Assembly: GCA_016186625.1 (NCBI GenBank)
Contig: JACPLG010000007.1
Span: 10,426 to 74,425, forward strand
Direction of reading: 5' to 3'
Source: Candidatus Levyibacteriota bacterium
Lineage (GTDB): Bacteria > Patescibacteriota > Microgenomatia > Levybacterales > UBA12049
DNA: 64,000 nt
The notes beneath the pieces were generated by a model. That model was not told the origin of the DNA. It saw only the letters and a list, made by a program, of their open reading frames with translations, and searched no databases. Both the position numbers and the translations under genes were made by a program. Of the stretch, positions 56,982 to 64,000 are shown one piece after another. Within the stretch, counting starts at the first letter, position 1, and each line of letters starts with the position of its first letter.

Positions 56982-57584
56982 GTGAAGCAATTTGACAAAA
57001 TTGGCCTTATTAAACATGCCTGGGAAATTGTCAAAAAGAATGTGCGTCTAATTGCACTTCTTGTTGGCGCATTTATTGTCTATCAAATAATTCAGGGAAT
57101 TGTCCAGGGCTTTTTCCGCGAATCAGTTCTTGCAGTTTTAGTTTCTCTTGCTTTTACGGTAATAACTTTATTTCTGGAGATTGGAGCAATCAAAATATTT
57201 CTTAAGCTTGTTGATGGACAGAAAGCAGAAATTACAGAGCTTTGGGCATATCCACAGTATTTGCTTAGGATGATTGGCGCTTCAATTTTATTTGGTTTAA
57301 TTGTTTTGGCAGGATTTATTCTTTTAATAATTCCGGGAATATATCTTGCTATCAGGCTCCAGTTTTATAGCTTTTATATAGTTGATAAAAATGAGGGAGT
57401 AATAGATTCTTTGCAAAAAAGCTGGAAGGTTACGCAGGGAAATGTAATAAATCTTTTCTTATTTATGCTTCTTTTAGTCGCTCTAAATATTTTGGGCGCT
57501 TTGGCCCTTCTTGTTGGACTTTTAGTTACAATTCCTGTTTCATTTATTGCAGTAACACTTCTTTACAGAAAACTGGCAGTATAA
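56982..57584 (+). CDS. Integral membrane protein (YciC/DUF975-like)
   Basis: GFILLIIPGIYLAIRLQF..IDSLQKSWKVTQGN. Confidence 0.7.
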   Translation: MKQFDKIGLIKHAWEIVKKNVRLIALLVGAFIVYQIIQGIVQGFFRESVLAVLVSLAFTVITLFLEIGAIKIFLKLVDGQKAEITELWAYPQYLLRMIGASILFGLIVLAGFILLIIPGIYLAIRLQFYSFYIVDKNEGVIDSLQKSWKVTQGNVINLFLFMLLLVALNILGALALLVGLLVTIPVSFIAVTLLYRKLAV

Positions 57585-57676
57585 CTGCAGATTGTTAACT
57601 CGCTTCGCTCGTCTTATTGCTCAATTGCTAAATTGTTAAAAGATCGAATATGCTCCTTCTTTGATATAATCCACTT

Positions 57677-58621
57677 ATGAAAAAGCTCGTACTCGTGGAT
57701 GGTAATGCTATTGTACATAGAGCCTATCATGCCCTGCCGCCGCTTTCGAGAAAAGACGGGAAGCTCACAAATGCTGTTTACGGCTTCTTCTCTATGGTTT
57801 TAAAAATAGTTTCAGACATTGCTCCGGACGGCTTGATTGTCTGTTTTGACCGCGCAGCTCCTACGTTCAGAAAGCAGCTTTATGTGGCATATCAAGCAAC
57901 AAGGCCCAAGATGGAAGATGATTTGTCCTACCAATTTGAGGTAATCCACGATGTTCTTTCAAAAGCAAACATTAAGATTTTTGAACTGGACGGATACGAA
58001 GCAGATGATCTTATAGGCACGCTTGCAAGGCAAGCCGTTGAAGACGGTAGTCCGATGTTTGACCAAGTGATAATATTAACAGGAGATAGAGACATGCTTC
58101 AATTGGTAAATCACAATGTTTTTATTCTGGCGCCTGTTGTGGGTGTCACGAAAATGATTTTATTTGATGAGGAAAAAGTTAAGGAAAAATACGGACTTCT
58201 GCCTCATCATCTGGTTGATTATAAAGCGCTTGTTGGAGACGCATCTGATAATTATCCGGGGGTCGCGGGGATAGGACCAAAAACCGCCTCAACTCTCATC
58301 AATAAATTCGGTTCGCTTGAAGGAATTTACAGGAATTTAGGGGAAATTAATCCTAAAGTTTCGGAAAAACTGGCAAAAGATGCCGAACAATCAGCTCTTG
58401 CCAAAAAACTGGCAACAATTGATACAAATGCGCCGATTCACTTGGAGTCGGAAGAATGTTCGCTTACCAAACTCGATAGGAAAGCACTGCTTTCGGAGTT
58501 TGAAAAACTCTCATTCAACAGCCTAATTAATCGTTTTAAGCTAGATAAATCAGCAACACAAAAGAATAATAGTTCGAACAGTAAAAATGAAACAACCGAA
58601 GACCAGTTGAATTTATTGTAG
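57677..58621 (+). CDS. Stand-alone 5'-3' exonuclease (PolI N-terminal/FEN domain)
   Basis: LVDGNAIVHRAYHA, EADDLIGT, TGDRD, GDASDNYPGVAGIGPKTA; no polymerase domain. Confidence 0.9.
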   Translation: MKKLVLVDGNAIVHRAYHALPPLSRKDGKLTNAVYGFFSMVLKIVSDIAPDGLIVCFDRAAPTFRKQLYVAYQATRPKMEDDLSYQFEVIHDVLSKANIKIFELDGYEADDLIGTLARQAVEDGSPMFDQVIILTGDRDMLQLVNHNVFILAPVVGVTKMILFDEEKVKEKYGLLPHHLVDYKALVGDASDNYPGVAGIGPKTASTLINKFGSLEGIYRNLGEINPKVSEKLAKDAEQSALAKKLATIDTNAPIHLESEECSLTKLDRKALLSEFEKLSFNSLINRFKLDKSATQKNNSSNSKNETTEDQLNLL

Positions 58622-58623
58622 AC

Positions 58624-58698
58624 GATTGCTCCATTGCTCGATTGCTCGATTGCTTAAACAACAATAAGCGAGCTGAGCGAGCAGCAATGTAACAATTG
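58624..58698. repeat. Family E element (inverted homolog of 20915-21002)
   Basis: gattgctccattgctcgattgctcgattgc...gcagcaatgtaacaattg. Confidence 0.75.
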
Positions 58699-58704
58699 AC
58701 GTAT

Positions 58705-59925
58705 ATGAAAGTAGCTATTGTTCATGATTACATAAAGGAATATGGCGGAGCAGAAAGGGTTTTGGAAGCACTATCTGAGATTTATCCCAAAGCTCCGATT
58801 TATACTGCATTTGTTGATAAAAATTCCAGTGCTTACGAGAGGTTTAAGAATAAAAAAATTATTTCTTCGTGGTTTGGCTATCTGCCATTTGCATCAAAAC
58901 TTGCAAGCCCGCTGCGGTTTTTAACTCCTTTTATTTGGGGCTCGTTTGATTTCTCAAAATATGACCTGGTGATTTCCAGTGCATCGTGGTACATCACTAA
59001 AGGTTTTGGTTCAGGCAAGCAATCGAGCAATGAAACAATCGAACAATCTGGCCGAAGGCCTATCGAGATTTGTTATTGTCATACGCCTCCCAGATGGCTT
59101 TATGGCTATACCACTTCTGTAAACTTTCAAAAATACGCTCTTGTTCGTCTCTATGCGCATGTTGTAGGACATTTCCTTCGTCTATACGATTTTAAACAAG
59201 CACAAAAGGTAGATTATTTTATAGCGAATTCGCAAGAAGTGGCAGCAAGAATTAAAAAATTTTACAGAAGAGACTCAACTGTGATTTACCCGCCGGTAAG
59301 TTTGCAAAATCCGAAATCCGAAATCCGAAATCCGAAATCCGGTAAGGATTATTATTTTATGGTTTCGCGAATTGTTGGAGCAAAAGGTCTGGAGTTGGCA
59401 GTGGAAGCTTCAATTAAGGCAGGGTTTAAGCTTAAAATCGCTGGAGCAAAAGCAGGATATTATTCGGATCGTGGACTTCGAGAAAACGCCCAAGAAAACG
59501 TCGAGTTTCTGGGACAAGTTTCAGATGAGGAGTTAGCTGAGCTTTACAGGGGAGCAAAAGGATTTTTGGCTTTAGCTCGCGATGAGGATTTTGGAATAAC
59601 ACCGGTTGAGGCAATGATGGCAGGAACACCTGTTATTGCTTACAACGGAGGAGGGTATAAGGAGAGCGTTATTGATCCTTCGGCAGCTTCCTCCAAAGGC
59701 GGACAGGCAGGACAAGCGGCAACAGGAGTTTTATTTGATGATTATTCTGTTGATGGTCTTATTTCGGCGATTAAAAAATTTGAAAAGACCAAGTTTGACC
59801 CAGACGTTTTAATAAACCACGCACAAAAGTTTAGCAAAGAAAGATTTGAGAAAGAAATCAGGGAGTTTGTTGAAAAGCATGCAATCACAGAAGCACAGAG
59901 GAGTCCGCAGAAAACTCAGAAATGA
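58705..59925 (+). CDS. GT4 glycosyltransferase with three repeat-derived insertions
   Basis: MKVAIVHDY..GGAERV, CYCHTPPRWLY, EDFGITPVEAMMAGTPVIA. Confidence 0.92.
   Translation: MKVAIVHDYIKEYGGAERVLEALSEIYPKAPIYTAFVDKNSSAYERFKNKKIISSWFGYLPFASKLASPLRFLTPFIWGSFDFSKYDLVISSASWYITKGFGSGKQSSNETIEQSGRRPIEICYCHTPPRWLYGYTTSVNFQKYALVRLYAHVVGHFLRLYDFKQAQKVDYFIANSQEVAARIKKFYRRDSTVIYPPVSLQNPKSEIRNPKSGKDYYFMVSRIVGAKGLELAVEASIKAGFKLKIAGAKAGYYSDRGLRENAQENVEFLGQVSDEELAELYRGAKGFLALARDEDFGITPVEAMMAGTPVIAYNGGGYKESVIDPSAASSKGGQAGQAATGVLFDDYSVDGLISAIKKFEKTKFDPDVLINHAQKFSKERFEKEIREFVEKHAITEAQRSPQKTQK
59307..59341. repeat. Perfect (AAATCCG)5 inside GT4 CDS
   Basis: Five exact copies; encodes NPKSEIRNPKS. Confidence 0.95.
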
Positions 59926-60290
59926 AGTATCTCTACAGCGATTTGACTCAAAAGATTATTGGCGCAGCAGTTAATGTTCATAAAGAACTAGGTCCAGGTC
60001 ACCCGGAAAAAATTTATCAAAGAGCCCTGGCAGAAGAGTTTACGAAACAAGAAATACAATATATCAGAGAAAAGAGATTTGATATATTTTACAATGGCAA
60101 AAGTGTGGGATACGAAACTATGGATTTTATCGCATTTGATAAGATTGCTATAGAATTAAAAGCTGCAAGAGAGATCATGGATTTGCATGCCAAACAATTA
60201 GTAGGTTATCTTAAGGGAGCAAATATAAAACTTGGTTTAATATTGAATTTTGGGAAAAATCAATTAGAAATAAAAAGAGTTATTATATAA
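59922..60290 (+). CDS. GxxExxY protein (PD-(D/E)xK nuclease-like)
   Basis: VHKELGPGHPEKIYQRAL, DFIAFDKIAIELKA, QLVGYLK, GLILNFG. Confidence 0.92.
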   Translation: MKYLYSDLTQKIIGAAVNVHKELGPGHPEKIYQRALAEEFTKQEIQYIREKRFDIFYNGKSVGYETMDFIAFDKIAIELKAAREIMDLHAKQLVGYLKGANIKLGLILNFGKNQLEIKRVII

Positions 60291-60306
60291 TTTGTTGAGA
60301 AAGGAC

Positions 60307-60398
60307 TGCAATCACAGAGCGCACTGAGAAGTCCACGGAGAACACAGAGACTAAAATTCTGTGGACTCAGTGGACAATTCTGTGATTCAGTGATTACA
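60307..60398. repeat. CACAGA/TCTGTG repeat hairpin downstream of GxxExxY; left arm also present at 59880-59920
   Basis: tgcaatcacagagcgcactgagaagtccacggagaacacaga...tctgtggactcagtgg..tctgtgattcagtgattaca. Confidence 0.8.
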
Positions 60399-60400
60399 AG

Positions 60401-61306
60401 GTGCCGGAGCTTCCAGAGGTTGAAACCATACGCTTAGGTTTACAAAAATACGTTGTTGGACACAAAATCGAAAATGTCGAAGTTCGATTGCCAAAGATTT
60501 TCCCTGGAGACCCAAAACAAGTAATCGGTGCAAAGATTATTGCCGCTAGACGCTTTGGGAAAGGTTTGGTCATTGATTTATCAAACGGTTATAGCCTCGC
60601 CATCCATGTAAAGCTGACAGGGCAACTTGTTTATCGCGACCCAAAAACTTCAAAACTTCCTGTATCAAAGGCAAAAGTAGGAACAGTGCCGAATAAGTTT
60701 ACCCACGTGATATTTAAGCTAAAAGCTAAAAGCGGAAAGCGAAAAAATAAGAACGGAGATGCAGTTCTTTATTACAACGATCAAAGAAGATTTGGGTGGA
60801 TAAAAGTTATCCCAACGAATAAAGTTTTGGAAATGCCTTATTTCAAGGGAATCGGACCTGAGCCCCAGATAAATGTATCAAAGGCATCAGGAGTATCAAA
60901 GGGAAAACTTACGTTTGAAAAATTCAGGGCTATAGTTTCCATATCCCATGTTGTAATAAAATTCCTTCTTATGGATCAGAAAAAAATTGGAGGAATTGGA
61001 AATATTTATGCCAATGACGCGCTTTTCCTCGCCGGCATTGATCCCAGAAGAAAAGCCCACACTTTAACAGAGGAAGAAATCAAAAAACTTTATAAAGCAA
61101 TCCATACCGTAATGGAGAGAGGTTTCAAGTATGGAGGAGCAAGCGAACTCCAGTTTGTCAACGTCTTAGGACAAGAAGGAGAATACCAAAACCACAGTTT
61201 GGTTTATGGCAAAAAAGGAAAAGATTGCCCCAATGGGAATGGTAAGATCAAAAAGATATTTTTAGGAGGACGGGGGACGTTCTTTTGCTCCGCCTGTCAA
61301 AGGTAA
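60401..61306 (+). CDS. mutM: Formamidopyrimidine-DNA glycosylase
   Basis: MPELPEVET, RRFGK, DQRRFG, LMDQKKIGGIGNIYANDALF, RGTFFC. Confidence 0.95.
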   Translation: MPELPEVETIRLGLQKYVVGHKIENVEVRLPKIFPGDPKQVIGAKIIAARRFGKGLVIDLSNGYSLAIHVKLTGQLVYRDPKTSKLPVSKAKVGTVPNKFTHVIFKLKAKSGKRKNKNGDAVLYYNDQRRFGWIKVIPTNKVLEMPYFKGIGPEPQINVSKASGVSKGKLTFEKFRAIVSISHVVIKFLLMDQKKIGGIGNIYANDALFLAGIDPRRKAHTLTEEEIKKLYKAIHTVMERGFKYGGASELQFVNVLGQEGEYQNHSLVYGKKGKDCPNGNGKIKKIFLGGRGTFFCSACQR

Positions 61307-61483
61307 GCCTATTTCGGGTAGTGAAGAGGACCCAAGAGGTTTTATAATGCCTTCGCCCCATAATCCAATCTCAACCCCTTCACTCAGTGGTCTTAAGGGA
61401 TCCACCCTTCGAACCAATTCATTGTGATCTGTTTCTCTTCCTGAATAATTGCCTCTTCTTGTTCGTCTATATCTCTGTGACAT
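61262..61483 (-). CDS. Small hypothetical protein
   Basis: 73-aa ORF with TAGAAT -10-like element just upstream; overlaps the mutM 3' end. Confidence 0.35.
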   Translation of the reverse strand: MSQRYRRTRRGNYSGRETDHNELVRRVDPLRPLSEGVEIGLWGEGIIKPLGSSSLPEIGLPLTGGAKERPPSS

Positions 61484-61564
61484 GGTAGGAATTCTATCAA
61501 AAAAAATATTTGTAGTAAATAAAAGTGAGATCGCCTCACTTTTTGCAAAAATGAGGGACAGGTA

Positions 61565-61593
61565 TTGACGTTTTAGGAGGATTGGAATAAAAT
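61565..61593 (+). promoter_or_regulatory. Sigma70 promoter of pyrH
   Basis: TTGACG-17 bp-TAAAAT. Confidence 0.65.
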
Positions 61594-61684
61594 TAGGGCT
61601 AGATTAAGTACCCTTAAGGGTGTTTTTTTAAGCTTAATTTATGCCCTTCGACAATTGCTCAGGGCACATTAAGTAAAACTTAAT

Positions 61685-62392
61685 ATGGGTTCGAACTATA
61701 CAGATAAGGTTGTAATCTCAGTTGGGGGGTCACTCATTTACCCCAACGGAGGAATTGATACAAGATTCCTCACCAACCTTAATAGGTTCGTAAGAGAACA
61801 ATTGGCGGAGAACAAATCCCGCCAATTTTTTTTGATAACTGGAGGAGGCAAGATTGCCAGACACTATCGAGACGCAGGAGCAGAAGTTATAGGACATGCC
61901 ATTACCCGAGATGATCTGGACTGGCTGGGAATCCACGCCACAAAAATGAACGCACATTTGGTCCGCACAATTTTTAGAGATATTGCCCATCCCTTTGTGG
62001 TCAAACACTATGAAATAATTAGAAAAGTTGAGGAGCCAGTGGTTGTTGCCTCTGGTTGGAAGCCGGGCTGGTCCACAGACTATTGTTCTGTAATGATTTG
62101 TGAAGATTATGGAATAAAAACTCTGGTCAACCTTTCAAACGTTGACCAGGTTTTTGATAAAGACCCTACCAACAATCCAGATGCAAAGCCACTCTCAAAA
62201 GTTTCTTGGGAGGATTTTAGAAAAATGGTAGGAGACGAGTGGATTCCCGGAATGAATTCGCCTTTTGACCCTGTGGCTGCGAAAAAGGCGCATGAGTTAG
62301 GAGTAAAAGTAGTAGTAATGGATGGTAATAATTTTGAGAATCTTGAAAAGTACTTCAGGGGAAAAGAGTTTGTGGGAACTGTGATAGAATAA
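61685..62392 (+). CDS. pyrH: UMP kinase, archaeal-type
   Basis: VISVGGSLI, GGGKIARHY, LDWLGIHATKMNA, GWKPGWSTD, PFDPVAAK. Confidence 0.9.
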   Translation: MGSNYTDKVVISVGGSLIYPNGGIDTRFLTNLNRFVREQLAENKSRQFFLITGGGKIARHYRDAGAEVIGHAITRDDLDWLGIHATKMNAHLVRTIFRDIAHPFVVKHYEIIRKVEEPVVVASGWKPGWSTDYCSVMICEDYGIKTLVNLSNVDQVFDKDPTNNPDAKPLSKVSWEDFRKMVGDEWIPGMNSPFDPVAAKKAHELGVKVVVMDGNNFENLEKYFRGKEFVGTVIE

Positions 62393-62501
62393 ATTTAAAA
62401 TTCAAAATGCAAAATTCAAAATTACAATTAAAAAGTTAAAAGTTTGCCTCTTTCTTAATTTTGAATTTAACTTTTGCCTTTTGACCTTTGACTTTTGAAT
62501 T
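62393..62501. repeat. Family B inverted heptamer element (empty) between pyrH and recF
   Basis: aaaattcaaaatgcaaaattcaaaa...ttttgccttttgacctttgacttttgaatt. Confidence 0.8.
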
Positions 62502-63545
62502 ATGTTAACCAGTCTCCAATTACAGAACTTTCGCAACTATAAAAAAGCCTCTTTTAATTTTGATAAATCGGTTATTATCATTGGCCCAAATACTTCGGGT
62601 AAGTCTAACTTAATTGAAGCAATATTTTTACTATCAAGCGGAAAAAGTTTCAGGGCTGAAAGAGATCCAGAAATGGTTAGGTTTGGTAGTGAAATGGGAA
62701 GGGTCAGGGGACGAGCAGATGATATTGATTTGGAAGTGGTAGTAACAGTCGGGGAAGTTGGAGGAGTAAGAAGCCAATTTAAAAGATATTTTGTGAATGG
62801 CGTTGCTAAAAGAAGGCAGGATTTTGTCGGAAATCTGCCGGCAGTTTTATTTTCTCCGCAAGACTTAGAAATTGTTGTTGGAAGTCCTGGTCTTAGGCGA
62901 GATTTTCTGGACAGTGTTTTGGAACAAACAGACAGAGAGTATCGAATAGCGCTTATCTCTTACACAAAAACGCTCAGGCAAAGGAACGCGCTTTTGGAAT
63001 TGGTCAAGAAAGGCCTAAGAAGAGACGATAGGCAATTTGAATATTGGAACAAATTAATAATTACAAATGGACAGATCCTCACAGCGAAGAGGGAAGATTT
63101 TATTGACTTTTTAAATAAGGCGAAAAAGGAAGTTTTAAGTTTCAAACTTGAATACGATAAAAGCGTTATTTCAGAAGAGCGTTTGAGTCAGTACCGCGAG
63201 GCCGAGACTGCTTCAGGCATAACTTTGGTGGGGCCCCATAGAGACGATTTTATTGTTTATTTCAATAAAGGCCATGATCTTAGATCGTTTGGCTCCAGAG
63301 GCCAGCAAAGACTTGGAGTTTTGCAATTGAAATTGCTTGAGCTAGAATATGTTCGGGCCCGGGTTGAAAACGAGCCAATTTTGCTTCTGGACGATGTTTT
63401 TTCTGAACTTGATGAAGATCACATAATTCATATTTTGGAAAAAGTGGGAGGACAGCAGACAATCATAACTACAACACATGAGGAATTTATTCCCGCAAGA
63501 ATTAAGAGTAAAATGGAGATAATAGAGCTGAAAGCTAACAATTAA
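62502..63545 (+). CDS. recF: DNA replication/repair protein RecF
   Basis: FRNY, GPNTSGKSNLIEAI, GPHRDD, GSRGQQR, LLLDDVFSELD. Confidence 0.95.
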   Translation: MLTSLQLQNFRNYKKASFNFDKSVIIIGPNTSGKSNLIEAIFLLSSGKSFRAERDPEMVRFGSEMGRVRGRADDIDLEVVVTVGEVGGVRSQFKRYFVNGVAKRRQDFVGNLPAVLFSPQDLEIVVGSPGLRRDFLDSVLEQTDREYRIALISYTKTLRQRNALLELVKKGLRRDDRQFEYWNKLIITNGQILTAKREDFIDFLNKAKKEVLSFKLEYDKSVISEERLSQYREAETASGITLVGPHRDDFIVYFNKGHDLRSFGSRGQQRLGVLQLKLLELEYVRARVENEPILLLDDVFSELDEDHIIHILEKVGGQQTIITTTHEEFIPARIKSKMEIIELKANN

Positions 63546-63580
63546 CAATTGACATTTGACTAACAATTAACAAATAACAT

Positions 63581-64000
63581 ATGAAGAGAGAGGTTGAATT
63601 TAAAGTAGGAAGAGAAACGCTCCGCGGTTCGCTATTTGTTCCAAAAGGAAAAGGGCCTTTTCCCGGAGTAGTTTTTTATCACGGAAGAGGTTCAAGCAGG
63701 AAAAGATATCTTGAGATAAGCAAAAGGCTTTCAAACAAAGGAATTATGGCTCTTGCTTTTGATTTTAGAGGTTGCGGAAAAAGTGACGGAGTTTTCAAAA
63801 ACCAAACACAACGAATGGGAATCGATGACTCAAGGGCAAGCCTTGAGTTTCTACTGAGTCAAAACGTAGATAGAAAAAGAATCGGAATCGCGGGCTCAAG
63901 CTTTGGTGGATTTGTTGCAGCGATTCTTATGAGTGATTTTGATTTTGTGAAGTCATTAGTCTTCAGAGCCCCAGCAGTTTATCCAAATGAACTTCTTGAT
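63581..64000 (+). CDS. Alpha/beta hydrolase (truncated by window end)
   Basis: MKREVEF..PGVVFYHG..FDFRGCGKSDG..IGIAGSSFGG (GxSxG). Confidence 0.85.
   Translation, partial: MKREVEFKVGRETLRGSLFVPKGKGPFPGVVFYHGRGSSRKRYLEISKRLSNKGIMALAFDFRGCGKSDGVFKNQTQRMGIDDSRASLEFLLSQNVDRKRIGIAGSSFGGFVAAILMSDFDFVKSLVFRAPAVYPNELLD

Overview
This window is bacterial chromosomal DNA (genetic code 11), most likely from a Patescibacteria/CPR genome (Microgenomates-like). That assignment is inferred from the CPR-type pilins, VirB6- and VirD4-like genes, archaeal-type pyrH/cmk, tRNA-Ile(UAU), tRNA-Arg(GCG) and pervasive leaderless genes. Housekeeping genes include smpB/ssrA, comF, rpe, pgk, cmk, nrdR-nrdJ, murD, tgt, trpS, ftsH, mutM, pyrH and recF, plus two PBP1A paralogs. 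There are seven tRNAs, one degenerate tRNA, a hicBA pair, and a B12-salvage module with a compact cobalamin riboswitch candidate. The most striking feature is a set of degenerate 7-9-mer inverted-repeat hairpin element families. Some copies enclose small orphan genes (four-helix-bundle, GxxExxY). Others are empty, nested in one another, or inserted in-frame in housekeeping genes. One empty copy (15241-15395) still carries the fused first and last codons of the four-helix-bundle gene, which directly links the genes to the repeats. All product calls come from motif recognition by eye; no database searches were run.
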